From an uncultured Spirochaetota bacterium (GTDB lineage Bacteria > Spirochaetota > Spirochaetia > SZUA-6 > Fen-1364): 64,000 nt of DNA. Position 1 is the first letter of the stretch; the number at the start of each line of letters is the position of its first letter. Below, piece after piece: positions 47,890 to 60,885 of this stretch. Made by a program: the position numbers and the translations under genes. The stretch lies in the NCBI GenBank assembly GCA_963734545.1, contig CAVTHO010000007.1, forward strand, positions 640,001-704,000, given 5' to 3'. A model generated the notes under the pieces. That model worked only from the letters and a program-made list of their open reading frames with translations, made no database searches and was not told where the DNA came from.

Positions 47890-50800
47890 TCACTCCCCCC
47901 GAAGGAAGGTGCCGGTGTTGTCACCATGCACGTTGCTCTTGATCTCCGGCACCGCGTTCCACTGGATCTGAATGGCAAAAGTGGGAGACCACGTATACTG
48001 CGTTGTCTGCTTGGAAGTCGTTTTGTCAGTCGTGGTGATGAGCTGCGGCGATCCCTGGTACTGGAATGTCAGGTCCCAGTCGCCGAAATGCTGCACCGCC
48101 TTGGCCGTGATCGTCCGGATCTTGAATGACGAATTGGTCCTGGCCGTCTTGTCAAAGAAGTTGAACGAGTTTATCAGGTCGGTGATCGGATCGATCGGCG
48201 TCTGCCCGAGGGATCGTGCCATCGACGGGAAGTACAGATACGTCCTGCTGTTGTTGGACATGGAGGAAAATGAAAGATCCAGAAACTTGTAGATGGAAAC
48301 ATTGAAGGTGAGGGTAAAATCAAAGAGGTTGTCGGTGTACTTTTTCGGCTGCAAGTTCATATACCAATGGGTCTTCACCGACAGGTCGGTCTTTATCCTG
48401 TCCTTCCAGTACCACACCGGGTCGCCGCCCCCCTCGTAGCCCAGGCGGACAGTGGAGGGAACAAGCCCGTTCTGTGTGCGTTCTGCCACAAAAGCGCTGG
48501 AAAATCCGAACAGGGCAAGCTGTGAAGTCGATCGGGACATCGCTTGAGCGCTGAGGTCGAATTGCAGCTCTTCGGTTGCGGTCAGGGGTTTTCCGAAGTC
48601 AAGCGTCGCGCTTGTGACGAGGGGTTGGTACTGCCTGACCCCGGCGAGTTCGGCGAATCCCCCCTGGACCTTGCCCTTTGCCGGTCCCGCGGCGAGCAGG
48701 AGAAGGCCGGTGTATGTCGGCGTCAGGGGAGGAAGCTGCGCCGTCAGCGCCAGGCTGTCCGTGGTGAAGGGAGTGCTGAATACGAGTGACGACTGAAAAC
48801 TATGCTCGGAAACATTGCTCGGCGTCCAGGAAAAGTTCGTTGGTCCGAAGCCAGGATCGGGCGTACCGATTCCGAGATAACTGTACTGGTAAAGGCGGAG
48901 GCCCAGCCGGTACTGGAGGTTCGATGCGGCAAGCTCCGTGATCGCCGGGAGCGGCCGAAGGGTGCCCTGAAGGGCGCTGCGGAGCGTGATGCGGTCCTGC
49001 TGCAAGTCACTGTCCCGCAGGCTCTGCCAGTCCTGCAGCGCTGCATACGAAGGTTTCGGGTCGAACCTGCTGCGCCAGAGCCCATCGGCGCCGAGACTTG
49101 CGCTGAGATCGAAAAGCCTGTCCCAGAGCGAGGCAGCCGCCGTAATCGTGGTCGTGCCGCCTGTTTCGAACGTGCGATACAGAAGGCTGTAGTCGACGTC
49201 CTTCCTTGTGTTCCAGACACCCTGCCGGGCATCGAACGTGTGCTCGAGCGTTGCACGGGGCTGCACCTGATAGGACACCGTCAGGGTGGAATCGGCCTGC
49301 CCGGAGCCCACCGTGACGTCCTTCTGCGCCTCCGGAGCCCGAAAGGGAATCCGGGGCGGCTTGTCGCTGCTCTGCGTCGAGGCGGGGCTCGGCGTCGCGC
49401 GCGCGCGCAGGCCTTTGCCGGGGTCCCGGGGGCCTGCTGACTGAACGCCGCCCGCTTCTCCGGGAAGCGCAGCCGGCGGAGGAGGAGGCACGGGCTTCGC
49501 CGCGGTGCTGATGCTGAGAATATCGCCTGAAATGGAAAGAGAAACGTTGGGCGCGGTCAGGCTTGCCGGCAGATAGAAGGTGCGTCCCGGGTCGGCCGAC
49601 AAGGGATACGTGTTGTCCGGCGCGTCCCTGCTTTGCCACGTGAACTTGATGTCGAAGTTCGGCATCGTGAAGCTCTTTACGAACGGGAGACCGATTGCCT
49701 TTGTGAAATCGAGCTTGCTCGTAAAGTCCCAGGAAAGATTCGCCTGCTGGGGGGTTACCGCCCCGGTTGCCGTCGGAGGCGTCAGGACCGTGGAAATGAT
49801 GCCCGCTTCCGAGCGCGTGTAGAAATCGCTGGTGAAGGAAGGATCGGAAAAATACTGGAAATCAGCGCCTACCGAATAGGTGTCTCCGCTCGACTTGAAA
49901 GTCCCTTCCAGGCCGAACCGCAGCGGAATAACGGCTCCAAAAACCGACGATCTGTTCCAGAATTCCTGTCCCACGGAGTACGGACTGGTCACCGGGGCAG
50001 GCAGATACGGAGTGTACAGGGTCGTGTTCGGGTCCAGGAAGATGCTGCGGCTCAGGCCGACGCTCGTACGGAAGGTCGCCAGGGGTGAGAAATTCCCGTC
50101 CAGGCCCGCAAGGAATCCGAGCCGGGAGTATGCGTCCGCCATGAGCTTCAAGGTCTTCCCCTTGTCAGGGATCGGAGTGCTGACAGGGACCTTCCTGAGG
50201 AAAAGGCCGTTGAGCTCGAGGTTATAGCCGGCATCGCCCGACTCGTTGAGCTGAAGGAAGCCGAAAGGAGTGTCCTGCTTGGCCTTGCGCCCGACAAGGT
50301 ACGTCGTCGTCTGGAGGAACGAGCCTTCGCGGTTCTTGTAGCCGATATTCGGGTTGAAGAAAAAATCGTCCCCCGGCAGGAAGAACCCCGGGAGATACAT
50401 GATCGGTACCCGCCCGATCATCAGGACGGCGTTCTGTATCGCCCACTCCCCCGGCCCGAGCACCCAGACCTTGCTCGCACGCACCGAGTACAAGGGGTCG
50501 TCGGCATTTTCGCTGCTGGTGAAGCTGCCCTCATCGAGGATCACCGTGTCGTTCTGCATCCGGGAGATGGTCTGGCCCTTGAACGTATAGGGCACATCCT
50601 TTCCCCCCTTGGTGATCGTGCGCGTGGTGCGCCCGTCATAAAAGACCGCTTGGGAAGATTCTATGTCGAATGCGAGCCTCTGCCCCGTGAACGTGTCGGT
50701 CTTTCCGCCGCGCGTCAGCGTGTAGGTCACGTTTCCCTCCGCGCTGACGGTCTTTCTCGTCTGGTTGTACGTGACCGTGGCCGCCTTGATCACCTGCAGG

Positions 50801-51225
50801 GTGGCATTCGTCTCGTCACGCACCTCGATCACCACGTCACCGCGCAGGAGGACATACTTCTCGTTCACGTCGGGCACGGTGTAGTACTCGGACTCCCGGG
50901 CGGAGCGGACGGTGATGGTGCGCTTGGCCGCGGCGCCGGCGGCCGGCAGGGACACTTTGAAGTGCTGCGCAAGCCGGGCCTGCAGATCGGCCCGCGAGCC
51001 CGTATCGGGGAGCCCGAGCTCCTGACACCAGGCGACCAGCTCATAGTAGCTGTCCGTGGAGATGTCCTGGCCCAGCGTGGAGGAGACGAGGCTCTCCGCG
51101 GTCTGCGCGGAGGGGGTACCCGGCCCGGCGGCAGGAGACGCCGCGGGCGCGGAGGGCACGCTTTCCTGCGCGCCGACCAGGCACGGGATGAATACCAGGA
51201 TCAGCGCCAGGACGAGCGCGGTCAT
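47890..51225 (-). CDS. lptD: LptD-like outer-membrane beta-barrel protein
   Basis: Signal peptide, OstA-like beta-jellyroll N-terminus, G.VP..Y.P motif, long amphipathic barrel; coupled to uvrA by ATGA. Confidence 0.72.
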   Translation of the reverse strand: MTALVLALILVFIPCLVGAQESVPSAPAASPAAGPGTPSAQTAESLVSSTLGQDISTDSYYELVAWCQELGLPDTGSRADLQARLAQHFKVSLPAAGAAAKRTITVRSARESEYYTVPDVNEKYVLLRGDVVIEVRDETNATLQVIKAATVTYNQTRKTVSAEGNVTYTLTRGGKTDTFTGQRLAFDIESSQAVFYDGRTTRTITKGGKDVPYTFKGQTISRMQNDTVILDEGSFTSSENADDPLYSVRASKVWVLGPGEWAIQNAVLMIGRVPIMYLPGFFLPGDDFFFNPNIGYKNREGSFLQTTTYLVGRKAKQDTPFGFLQLNESGDAGYNLELNGLFLRKVPVSTPIPDKGKTLKLMADAYSRLGFLAGLDGNFSPLATFRTSVGLSRSIFLDPNTTLYTPYLPAPVTSPYSVGQEFWNRSSVFGAVIPLRFGLEGTFKSSGDTYSVGADFQYFSDPSFTSDFYTRSEAGIISTVLTPPTATGAVTPQQANLSWDFTSKLDFTKAIGLPFVKSFTMPNFDIKFTWQSRDAPDNTYPLSADPGRTFYLPASLTAPNVSLSISGDILSISTAAKPVPPPPPAALPGEAGGVQSAGPRDPGKGLRARATPSPASTQSSDKPPRIPFRAPEAQKDVTVGSGQADSTLTVSYQVQPRATLEHTFDARQGVWNTRKDVDYSLLYRTFETGGTTTITAAASLWDRLFDLSASLGADGLWRSRFDPKPSYAALQDWQSLRDSDLQQDRITLRSALQGTLRPLPAITELAASNLQYRLGLRLYQYSYLGIGTPDPGFGPTNFSWTPSNVSEHSFQSSLVFSTPFTTDSLALTAQLPPLTPTYTGLLLLAAGPAKGKVQGGFAELAGVRQYQPLVTSATLDFGKPLTATEELQFDLSAQAMSRSTSQLALFGFSSAFVAERTQNGLVPSTVRLGYEGGGDPVWYWKDRIKTDLSVKTHWYMNLQPKKYTDNLFDFTLTFNVSIYKFLDLSFSSMSNNSRTYLYFPSMARSLGQTPIDPITDLINSFNFFDKTARTNSSFKIRTITAKAVQHFGDWDLTFQYQGSPQLITTTDKTTSKQTTQYTWSPTFAIQIQWNAVPEIKSNVHGDNTGTFLRGE

Positions 51226-54047
51226 TCTCTTTTCAGCGCTGGCTTCAGGTACTTGCCGGTCCACGAGCCCGCGGTCTTCGCAACCTGCTCGGGTGTGCCC
51301 TCCGCCACCACCCGGCCTCCCCTTTCCCCCCCCTCGGGGCCGAGGTCGATCACCCAGTCAGCGCACTTGATCACGTCGAGGTTGTGCTCGATGAGCGCCA
51401 CCGTATTGCCGTTGTCCACCAGGAGCTGAAGGACCTCCATGAGCTTTTTCACGTCCGCAAAATGCAGGCCTGTCGTGGGCTCGTCGAGTATGTAGAAAGT
51501 CCGTCCCGTGCCGCGCTTGGAAAGCTCCAGGGACAGCTTCACCCGCTGCGCCTCCCCCCCCGAGAGAGTGAGCGCGGACTGTCCGAGGCGCACGTAGCCG
51601 AGGCCCACGTCGGCGAGCGTCGTGAGCTTCGGAGCCAGGGTGGGGATATGGCGGAAGAACGGCAGCGCCTCCTCCACCGTCATCTCCAGGACCTCGTGGA
51701 TGTTTCTCCCCTTGTATCGCACTTCGAGTGTTTCCCTGTTGTAGCGTCTGCCCTTGCACACATCACAGGTGACATAGACGTCGGGGAGAAAATGCATCTC
51801 GATCCGGATGGTGCCGGCTCCCTGGCACTTCTCGCAGCGGCCTCCCTTGACATTGAATGAGAACCGGCCCGCCCGGTAGCCCTTGGCCTTCGCCTCCGGG
51901 AGCTGGGCAAAGAGCGTCCGTATCGGAGAAAAGAGACCGACATACGTCGCGGGATTGGACCGAGGCGTTCGACCAATCGGACCCTGGTCGATATTGATGA
52001 CCTTGTCGATCGCCTCGACTCCGTCGATGGAGTCGAAACAGCCCTCCGGGAGCCGGGTTGCACCGACCCTGTTCGACAGGATCGGGTAGAGGAGGTCCGA
52101 GAGCAGGGTGGACTTTCCCGAGCCCGAAACGCCCGTGATGGCGATGAACGTTCCCAGGGGAAAAGCGACGGTGATCTCCTTGAGATTGTGCTCCTTCGCG
52201 CCGCGGAGCACGATGCTCTTCCCGTTTCCGGTCCTGCGCTCCTTTCGGCGCTCGATGATGAGGGCGCCGGAAAGATACTGGCCGGTCAGGGACCGCGGGC
52301 TGGCGCACACTTCCTGCAGCGTCCCCGCCGCGACCACCTGGCCGCCGTGCACCCCGGCGCCGGGTCCCAGGTCGACGATATAGTCAGCCGTGCGCAGGGT
52401 CTGCTCATCATGCTCTACCACGATGAGCGTGTTGCCGATGTCGCGCAGGTGTTTCAGCGTCTCGATGAGGAGGGTATTGTCCCGCTGGTGCAGCCCGATT
52501 GTCGGCTCATCAAGGATGTACAGAACGCCCACGAGCGAAGAACCGATCTGGGTGGCCAGCCGGATCCTCTGCGCCTCCCCGCCGGAAAGCGTGCTTGCCC
52601 TGCGCTCCAGAGTGAGGTAGGAAAGTCCGACATTCCTGAGAAACGAGAGACGGGCCGTTATCTCCTTGAGGATCTGGCGCGCGATCTTCTGGGCCGTGGG
52701 CGAAAGGGGAAGCGCCTCGAAATACCCCAGCGCATCCTCCACGGACAGGCAGGTGACGTCGAAGATGCTCTTTTCACCCACGGTGACCGCCAGCACCTCG
52801 GGCTTCAACCGTCGTCCGCCGCACGCGTCGCATTCCTTCTGTGACATGAAGCCTTCCATCCACTCCTTCACCTGATCGGAGCTGGATTCGAGATAGCGTC
52901 TCTTCAATTCGTTCAACACGCCCCGGAACGCGGACTGGAACTCCCACTTGCCCCTTCCGTCCCTGCTCTCGTAGCGGAAGCCGATCTTCTCCTTCGTGCC
53001 ATGAAGAATGGCGTCGAATACCTCCCGAGGCAGCTCGTCCAGCGGCGTGTCCAGGGAGAACTTGAAGTGCGCAGCCAGGGATTCGAACTGGCTCCTGTAC
53101 CAGTTCGCCTTCGGGTTCGAAGTCGCGATGCCGCCCTGGTTGAAGGAAAGGCTGGGATCGGGGACGACGAGTCGGGGATCGAATTCGAGCTTGACACCCA
53201 GACCCGAGCACGAGGGGCAGGCACCGAACGGATTGTTGAAGGAAAAGAGCCTCGGCTGGAGCTCCGGGACGCTGATCCCGCACGTCGGACAGGCGTTCCG
53301 CTGGGAGAACAGCAATTCGCGTTCCGCGTTCCTCTCCTTGAGAAGGGCGACCAGGGTTCCGCCGGACGTTTCCAGCGCGCCCTCCACGGACTCGGCGAGC
53401 CGGCGGCGCGCGCCCGTCGCAATGCTGAGCCGGTCGACGACGATCTCGATCGTGTGCTTTTTCTTCCGGTCCAGGCTGATACTCTCATCGAGGGACACGA
53501 TCTCGCCGTCGACACGCACGCGCACGTATCCCATTCGCTTCGCATCCTCGAGGATCTTCTGATGTTCCCCTTTCTTTGCGCCCACGACAGGAGCGAGGAG
53601 GACCACCTTCGTCCCCTCGGGAAGGACCAGGAGCGTGTCGACGATCTGGTCCACGGATTGTTCCTGGATTTCCTTCCCGCAGTTCGGGCAATGCGGAATG
53701 CCCACGCGCGCAAAGAGGAGGCGCAGATAGTCGTAGACCTCCGTGACGGTGCCCACCGTCGAGCGAGGGTTGCGGTGCGTGGTCTTCTGCTCGATCGCAA
53801 TTGCCGGAGAGAGGCCCTCGATGTAGTCGAGGTCGGGCTTGTCCAGGCGGCCGAGAAACTGCCGCGCGTACGAGGAAAGCGACTCCACGTACCGGCGCTG
53901 GCCCTCCGCGAAAATGGTATCGAAGGCAAGCGAGGACTTCCCCGATCCGCTGAGACCGGAAACGACCACCAGGGAGTCCCGAGGCATTTCCAGATCAATA
54001 TTCTTGAGATTGTGCTCCCGCGCGCCCCGGATGACGATGCTCTTCAT
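51222..54047 (-). CDS. uvrA: Excinuclease ABC subunit A
   Basis: GAREHNLKN, two Walker A motifs, two LSGGEAQR signatures, zinc fingers. Confidence 0.98.
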   Translation of the reverse strand: MKSIVIRGAREHNLKNIDLEMPRDSLVVVSGLSGSGKSSLAFDTIFAEGQRRYVESLSSYARQFLGRLDKPDLDYIEGLSPAIAIEQKTTHRNPRSTVGTVTEVYDYLRLLFARVGIPHCPNCGKEIQEQSVDQIVDTLLVLPEGTKVVLLAPVVGAKKGEHQKILEDAKRMGYVRVRVDGEIVSLDESISLDRKKKHTIEIVVDRLSIATGARRRLAESVEGALETSGGTLVALLKERNAERELLFSQRNACPTCGISVPELQPRLFSFNNPFGACPSCSGLGVKLEFDPRLVVPDPSLSFNQGGIATSNPKANWYRSQFESLAAHFKFSLDTPLDELPREVFDAILHGTKEKIGFRYESRDGRGKWEFQSAFRGVLNELKRRYLESSSDQVKEWMEGFMSQKECDACGGRRLKPEVLAVTVGEKSIFDVTCLSVEDALGYFEALPLSPTAQKIARQILKEITARLSFLRNVGLSYLTLERRASTLSGGEAQRIRLATQIGSSLVGVLYILDEPTIGLHQRDNTLLIETLKHLRDIGNTLIVVEHDEQTLRTADYIVDLGPGAGVHGGQVVAAGTLQEVCASPRSLTGQYLSGALIIERRKERRTGNGKSIVLRGAKEHNLKEITVAFPLGTFIAITGVSGSGKSTLLSDLLYPILSNRVGATRLPEGCFDSIDGVEAIDKVINIDQGPIGRTPRSNPATYVGLFSPIRTLFAQLPEAKAKGYRAGRFSFNVKGGRCEKCQGAGTIRIEMHFLPDVYVTCDVCKGRRYNRETLEVRYKGRNIHEVLEMTVEEALPFFRHIPTLAPKLTTLADVGLGYVRLGQSALTLSGGEAQRVKLSLELSKRGTGRTFYILDEPTTGLHFADVKKLMEVLQLLVDNGNTVALIEHNLDVIKCADWVIDLGPEGGERGGRVVAEGTPEQVAKTAGSWTGKYLKPALKRE

Positions 54048-54286
54048 GTATCTTCTTCTGAACGCTCATCGCGCTGATGCGCGTTCTCATCTTCCGCAGG
54101 CCGGGGAGGCGGGGTGGCGGCAGGTTTTCTTGCACGAGGACGCGATCTCAGGACGCGCAGGGGAATCCGCCGGCGGCTCCTTGTCGATGCCAGGAAAAAG
54201 ACAAGAGGCAGCAGGAACATGACGAAGAGGCAGGCCGCAATCACTTCCCAGGATGAAAAGACGCTCAGGTAGAGCCCGGATTCCAT
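54044..54286 (-). CDS. Small single-TM hypothetical protein
   Basis: 80 aa; its TGA overlaps the uvrA ATG; preceded by a promoter. Confidence 0.65.
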   Translation of the reverse strand: MESGLYLSVFSSWEVIAACLFVMFLLPLVFFLASTRSRRRIPLRVLRSRPRARKPAATPPPRPAEDENAHQRDERSEEDT

Positions 54287-54292
54287 CGGGCC

Positions 54293-54322
54293 ATACTATC
54301 GTCCCCCATCACAGATGATCAA
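54293..54322 (-). promoter_or_regulatory. Sigma70-like promoter, probably leaderless
   Basis: TTGATC (54322-54317), 18 nt, TAGTAT (54298-54293), 6 nt, ATG 54286. Confidence 0.6.
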
Positions 54323-54350
54323 GGGCGAATGCGCCGACTGCGGTGCAGAC

Positions 54351-56702
54351 CTACTTCAGAGTGACGATCGTCTTTCCGAAACCGCCCTCCTCGGGCGCGG
54401 AGAACCGAAAATCAGCCACGACATTCGAGTCCCGAAGGTACGCATGGATCGCGGTTCTCAGGATCCCCTCCCCTTTCCCGTGCACGATGCTGAACTCGCG
54501 CAGACCGTGAATGACCGCGGCGTCGATCTGCTTCTCCACGAGGCGCATCGCTTCATCCAGGCGCATCCCGCGCACATGAAGCTCCAGCACAGGAGGATCG
54601 ATCGGCGAGGCGGGAGTATAGCTCACGGACACGAGGGGGGACGCCTCGGCGGCATCCGCGGGACGCATTTCTCCGGGCAGCAGGGACAGGCGCAGCGTCT
54701 CGGTTTCCACGACCCAGCGCTTGCCCTTGTCCCTCCGCACGACCTTTCCCCTGCGGCCCGGTGCGGACAATGACGACGTCCAGCCCTTCCCGGGGCTCGA
54801 ACGACTGGGCCGGGCAGAAGCGCCTCTCCCTCCTGCTCGATCCGGCTTTCCTCGCGCGCGATTCTCTCCTGTATGCCAGCCGCGAATCGGCCAAAATCAG
54901 CTCCTCCCGGAGACAGCGCCCTTTTCGCGCAGCGCGTCCCATTCCCGGCGCGCCTCGCCCAGGAAATCCCGCAGCTCCTTCAGGCCGTGCCTGCGCAGCT
55001 CCAGCTCCTTCTGCCGCAGCGTGAGCGCTTTCAGGTCCGTGGTCCGCCATTTTTCCCGCAGATCGTGCGCAAGCGCCTCGTGTTCCTCCTCCGCCTTGAC
55101 CAGCTTGTGATGACGCTCGGCGAGATTCGAAACGATCCGCGAAATGTCCGTCCGCTCGCCGTCCAGGTAGGAGGAGGCGTTCGACAGAACGCTTTCGGGC
55201 AATCCGCTCCTGCGGGCTATTTCGAGCGCGTGACTCTCGCCGGGAACGCCCATGAGGATGCGATACGTCGGGCCGAGGGTCTGCCGGTCGAAACCCATCG
55301 ATGCATTCTGGGCTCCGGGCCGGGTCGCCCCGTAATTCTTGAGGATCCCGTGGTGGGTGCTGACCAGCACGAGGCAGCCTGCCGTCAGGAAATGGTCCAG
55401 GAGGGCCATGGCGAGCGCCACACCTTCCTGCGGATCCGTCCCCGCTCCCAGCTCATCCAGCAGCACCAGGGAGCGCGGGGTGACGCGGCGCACGATCCGG
55501 GAAAGGTTGCCGATGTGCGCGGAGAAAGTGGAGAGAGACTGCTCGATGGACTGCTCGTCACCGATGTCCGCGAAAATCTCGTCGAAAAGCGGCAGCAGGG
55601 AGCCTTCCGCCGCGGGGATCTCCATCCCGAATTGATTCATGAGGGCAAGGAGCCCCACCATCTTGAGACTGACTGTTTTCCCACCGGTGTTCGGACCGGT
55701 GATGATGAGCACGCGATTATCCGCCCCCGCCGACACCGACACGGGCACCACCCGCTGCCCCAGGAGGGGATGCCGGGCATCGCGCAGCTCGATGCAGCCC
55801 GGGCTCCCCACCGCTCCCTCGGACATGTCCGCGCGCCGGCAGGAATGCTGCAGCGCGTATCGGGCCCGGGCGAGAATCGTGTCAAGGAACGCGGCCCTTT
55901 CAACCATGAGGCTGAGCTCCCCTGCCCGGGCGCGAAACCTCCGCGGTAAGCTCGCGGAGGATCCGCCTCACTTCCAGCCGGTAGAGGTTTTCCTCCTGCA
56001 CGATGGCGTTGTTCTTCTCCACCACTTCCAGAGGCTCGATGAAGAGCGTCGAGCCGCTGGCGGACATTTCGTGCACGATGCCCTTCACCCTGCCCTTGTA
56101 CTGGGACTTCAGCGGAAGCACGACCCTGCCGTCCCGCTGGGTGGGGGTCGTTGTCTGCCAGTACGCGTGATAGTCATGGTCTTCCAGCAGTCCGCGCACC
56201 GCGCGGTCCGCATCTGCGCGGTGCCGGCGGATGCGCTCCCGGATTGCCGCGAGCTCCGGGATCTGTTTCTCCTTCAAGAGGCCCTCCGGGTCGACGATGT
56301 GGAAGATCCGTCGGGAGAGCGGCGTGAGGTCGGGGATCTCCGAGGCAATGGCGCCCAGCCGGCGCGCGCCTGACTTGAGAACGATCCTTTTCAGCTTGAG
56401 CCCGGAGAGCACCCAGCGGCCGATCGCGGCAAGCTCCTCACCTTCGAGCTGCATGCCGGGCTTCCCCAAGGGTCGGGAGAATGCCGTCGAGATCGGGGAA
56501 ATCGAATCCCGGCAGTGATTCGCCGGATTCAAGAATCGCGCGGAACTCAAGAGCAAGGGCGTGCGCATCAGTCAGAGACTTCGGCTCCGTGAGGAGGGGC
56601 TGGCCGCGCAGGGCCACCGCTCCCTCAGGGCTCACGCACAGCGCGGCCAGCTCGTCGATGATCTTCGGGAACTCGAGAAGGGCGAGGCGTGTGCTCATCC
56701 AT
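54351..56702 (-). CDS. mutS2: Endonuclease MutS2 with Smr domain (multiple frameshifts)
   Basis: Fragments LLEFPKI, S.SGSTLFIEP, ITGPNTGGKT, QSLSTFSAH, LLDELGAGTDP and Smr IVHGKGEGILR. Confidence 0.9.
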
Positions 56703-57631
56703 GCGCCGTTCTCCGTGCATCCCGAAGCTCGGACACTATGCGCAGGTAGCTTTCGTAACGATCCGGATGGATCTCTCCGCCCTCCACCGCGGAGGCGACC
56801 GCGCAATCCGGCTCGTCGACGTGGAGGCAGGGCTGATACGCACAGGCCTGCATGAAAGGGGCGAAATCGCGGAAGTGAAATCCGACCTCCTCCGGCAGGA
56901 TTTCGGCGAGCTCGAGCTCACGCACGCCGGGGGTGTCGACTATCCGAAGCCCCTCGCTCAGAAGGAACAGAACGGAGAAGTTGGTCGTGTGGTTCCCCCG
57001 GTCGTGCTTCTGGGACAGCTTCCCGACCCGCTGGCCCGAGTCCGGCGAGAGTGCGTTCAGCACGGAGGATTTCCCCACTCCCGAGTGCCCCACGAGCACG
57101 GCTGTCTTTCCCTTCAGCAGAGCGGCAAGCTCTTCCAGCCCCTCTCCCGTGAGCGCGGAACAGGAGTGCACCCCGTAGCCCATGCGCGAATAGTGAGCAA
57201 GCCTCTCCACGATCTCCGGCGGGGCACGGCAGGTCACATTTGTTGAGGAGCACGAGCGGAGTCACGCCGCCCGATTCGGCCGCCACGATGAGCCTGTCCA
57301 CGAATCGGGGCCGGAAGGGCGGCGAGCTCGGGCTGGTGACGCAGATGGCCAGGTCAACGTTCGCCGCGAGCACCTGCGGCGCCCTGCCCTTCTTGTTCCA
57401 CCGCTCGAGCCGGGTGCGCCGCGGCAGGACGGTGGCAATCATGCCCTCCTCGGGGCTCAGCCCATCGGGGATCACATCTACCAGATCACCCGGCGCGATG
57501 GGGTTGTAGCTTCGCGCGTCCTCCCTCAGCTTCTTGCCCTTGATCCTGCACTGGAGCCGGAGCCCGCCGGCGTTCACCGTGTAGATCGAGTTGATGCCGA
57601 GAAGGACTTCTCCCCTGATCGATTCCAGCAT
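56695..57631 (-). CDS. rsgA: Ribosome small subunit-dependent GTPase A (frameshift near 57230)
   Basis: LAANVD, NKCDL, GHSGVGKSS, G.HTT, DTPG, C-x4-C-x-H-x5-C. Confidence 0.92.
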
Positions 57632-57636
57632 GGGCG

Positions 57637-58432
57637 TCAGAGAGCGCCTTCCAGCCGAAGGTCGTATTGCCCGGCAAACCATCCATACCTCTCCTCCAGG
57701 GGAGCGGGGCCGGTGACGTGAAGCGAGGCCTCCCCGGGGTGACCGTTCGCCGAGGAGTGACCCTCGAGCAGGCGCGCCACCTGCCGCGACACTCCCTCGC
57801 GGGAATCCACGAGCGTGACGCCCTCCCGGTCGAGCAGGGTCCGGAATTCCGACTCCAGATGCAGGAAATGGGTGCAGGCGAGCACGAGCGCATCTATGCG
57901 CGCGTGGCGAAAACGATCGACCTCGCGCCTCACCCGATCCGCCCTTTCCGCTGGCCCGGCGCGGTACAGATCGCGCTCCACGAACTCGACAAGCCCCGCT
58001 GCGGGCAGGCTCACCACGGTGCATCCCGCCGCGTGCTTTTCGATCAGCGCGCGCAGGTAGTCGCCCTCCACGGTCTGGCGGGTGGCCAGGACGCCCACGC
58101 GGTGACTGCGGGAAAAGGACGCCGCGGGCTTGACCGCGGGGACCACGCCGACGAATGGGAGCGGAAATCGGGCACGCAGGGCTTCGAGCGCCACCACGGA
58201 GATCGTATTGCAGGCAACAACGATGAGAGCCGGATGGGCGCGCGCGATCAGGCGCGCAGTGACCGCCGATGCTCGCCTCGATGATCCGGGCCGGCTCCTT
58301 CTCCCCGTAGGGAAAGTTCTCCCTGTCCGCGACGTACACGTACCTCCTGTCGGGGAGCAGGCGCCGGGCGTGAGCAAGGTACGGGAGGCCTCCGACACCG
58401 GAGTCCAGGAATGCGACGGGCTCAGGAGTCAT
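57637..58432 (-). CDS. murI: Glutamate racemase (frameshift near 58270)
   Basis: DSGVGGL, FPYGEK, VVACNT, LACTHF. Confidence 0.93.
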
Positions 58433-58725
58433 TTCCGAAGAGCTTATCGAGCTTCCGTTTCGCCTGCTCCGATGCATCGGAGGGCGGAGCCCCGCGCTGC
58501 GCCGGCGGCGCCGGAGCGAAAAGAGAAAAATGTGCAGAAGTTCGCCCTGTCCTTGTCCTTCACAAGCTCATCCACTGATTCTGAGCAGTCCCAGTGCGCA
58601 CCGGGGCTGTAGAAACGACAATTCAGGCAGACCTTGAGGTCTTTGCCGCAGGAATCGCAGGTCGACGAGCGGTACACTTCTCGCGGGTTCTCGACGACGG
58701 CTCCGCACGAGTGGCACGCGTGCAT
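58422..58725 (-). CDS. Small Cys-rich (zinc-ribbon-like) hypothetical protein
   Basis: CHSC...CDSC...CLNCRFY...C...RANFC; probable C-terminus KLDKLFGNDS after a frameshift. Confidence 0.7.
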
Positions 58726-58731
58726 GGGGAC

Positions 58732-58791
58732 AGGATATATCAATTGCCGGCGCCCGGCAAGCTTGCTCTCTCCGCGTGGGAGGGGTACCAT
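58732..58791. promoter_or_regulatory. Back-to-back divergent promoters, both near-leaderless
   Basis: Minus: TTGCCG, 17 nt, TATCCT, 6 nt, ATG 58725. Plus: TTGCTC, 17 nt, TACCAT, 8 nt, ATG 58800. Confidence 0.6.
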
Positions 58792-58799
58792 TGCAGGGT

Positions 58800-59392
58800 A
58801 TGTTCACGCCGCGATCGTGCACGCACAAGAGCTGCGGGCGGCCCGCCCTTTCCGCCTCCGACTTCTGCATCGTTCACCACCCGGACCCGGAAGGCCATGT
58901 CATGGGCTCCTGCGGTCGCTGGGCAGCCCGCCCGCCCTGCGCGATCTCGATCTTCCCGGAATCATCCTGTCGGACGTGGACCTCAGCGCCGCGGAGATTT
59001 CGGGATGCCGGTTCACGGCCGCGACGTTTCTCCGAGTGAAATTCGGCGGCGCCCAGATCCAGCTCTCGTTCCTGGATCGGGCCACTTTCACGGAGTGCGA
59101 CTTTTCCGGAGCAAACATGCAGAACAGCGTGCTCGCCGGATCCACGGTCACCGGATGCTCTTTCGCAGGCTGTGAGATGGTGCAGGTCAACTTTCTGGGC
59201 CTCCGCTGCGTGCGGACCGGCTTCGATCATTCCAACCTGTACGGATCGCGTTTCGTGGGCTCCCTCATGGAGCAGGTCAGCATGAAAGACTGCAACCTCA
59301 CGCGGACAACCTTCGACGTGGGCCATCGAACCGCCGTGGACTTCCGCTCCTCCAATACGAACGAGGCCATATTCCTGGAGCCGATGCCGTGA
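58800..59392 (+). CDS. Pentapeptide-repeat protein with N-terminal C-x4-C...C-x2-H motif (frameshift near 58908)
   Basis: MFTPRSCTHKSC...FCIVH followed by ATFTE/CDFSG/ANMQN-type repeats. Confidence 0.8.
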
Positions 59393-59958
59393 GGTTTTTT
59401 TCCCTCTTTTCCAGCACGGGGTTCTCCAATACCTATCTGATCGGGCCTGACGGCGGCGGGGATGCGTTCCTGATCGATCCCGGCACATTCGATGCGCCGC
59501 TTCTCCAGGCCGTCGAGGGCAATGGTCTCTATGTCAGGTCGATCCTCGTCACCCACGCGCACAATGCGCACATCAACGGGATCCGGGCGCTGCTCAAGGT
59601 GTATGACGCGGTGATCTACGCCAACCAGCCCAGCGTGCTGGATTTCCCCGCCCGCCACATCCAGGAGGATGACGCGCTCTCCCTCGGGGAGTTCACGGCT
59701 CGGGTAATCGAGACGCCGGGGCATTCCATCGATTCATTGTCGTTCCTGCTCGGCCATATGCTTTTCACCGGTGACATACTTTCCGCCGGCGGGATCGGGA
59801 GCACGCGTGACGGCTACGCCCGCGGTCTCCTGCTGGAGACGGTGCGGCGAAAGCTGCTGCCCCTGGGAGACGAGATTCTGCTCTTCCCCGGTCACGGCCC
59901 TCCCTCAAAGATCGGAATCGAAAAGCTCTACAATCCGTTTCTGGGTGAAAAGCTCTGA
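59389..59958 (+). CDS. MBL-fold metallo-hydrolase (glyoxalase II-like)
   Basis: IDPG, THAHNAH, TPGHS, FTGD, FPGHG. Confidence 0.88.
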   Translation: MRFFSLFSSTGFSNTYLIGPDGGGDAFLIDPGTFDAPLLQAVEGNGLYVRSILVTHAHNAHINGIRALLKVYDAVIYANQPSVLDFPARHIQEDDALSLGEFTARVIETPGHSIDSLSFLLGHMLFTGDILSAGGIGSTRDGYARGLLLETVRRKLLPLGDEILLFPGHGPPSKIGIEKLYNPFLGEKL

Positions 59959-60885
59959 AGCTGCGTCAGGAGGGAACGGAATCTCGACGGCACCGGCGCG
60001 GTGAAAGTGCGCGGCTGGGCGTCTCCCGGGCAGCTTTATGACAAGGCTGCGTGCATGCAGCAGCAGTGATGCGTCTGGAAACCGCGGGTCCCGGCTCCCG
60101 TACAGGGGATCGCCGAGGAGGGGAGCCCCGAGGTGGCGCATGTGCACGCGAAGCTGGTGGGTACGGCCGGTGCGGGGTGAAAGAAGCAAATATGCATAGC
60201 TGTCCCTGCCCGCACCGAATGTACGCAGAACGCGGTACCGGGTGACGGCGAGCCGTCCGCCCGAGAGCACGCAGGTGAATCTCTTCCTGTCCCGCGGGTC
60301 GCGCGCGATCCGGGTTTCGATCCGCCCCTCTTCCGCGGGCATCCTGCCGTGCACGACCGCGATGTAGCGCTTGCGGGCGGTCCGGTCCTGGAATTGCCCG
60401 GCCAGGAAATGGTGGGCCGCGGAATTCTTTGCCACGATGATGACCCCGGATGTTTCTTTGTCGAGCCTGTGGACGATTCCCGGCCGCGGATCGCCCGGCG
60501 GAAAGCCGGCCGCGAGATGCGCAGCGTGAAAGAGGACCGCGTTCACCAGCGTGCCCGATTGGTTGCCGCTTCCCGGGTGCACCACGAGGCCCTGAGGCTT
60601 GTCGATCACGATCACATCCTCGTTTTCGAACAAGATCGAAAGGGGAAGGTCTTCAGGGCTCAGCTGCGAAGCCGGCGGGTCGGCGTAGGAAAGCGCCACG
60701 ACATCGCCGAGCTTCAGCTTCCGCCCCATGCGTGCCGGGGCGCCGTTTACCGCAAGGCTGACGACCCGGGACCGGGCCTGACTCCGCGTGAAGAGCCCGA
60801 GACGCTCCGTGATGAACACGTCCAGCCTGATCCCTATGTCCTGCGGGCGCTCAACCCTCGCCTCAATGGCGCGTGGCTGGCTCAT
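59928..60885 (-). CDS. rluD: RluA/RluD family pseudouridine synthase (probable frameshift near 60020)
   Basis: S4 domain, DKPQGLVVHP, HRLDKETSG, GRTHQLRVH, GDPLYG. Confidence 0.9.

Noticed and set aside
56918-58477. 519-aa ORF joining the MurI N-terminus to the RsgA N-terminus
   Set aside because: It is a chimera produced by two indels; both genes reconstruct normally.
54351-60885. Pseudogene cluster or genome decay
   Set aside because: Catalytic motifs are intact and the lesions are single indels, which fits sequencing error.
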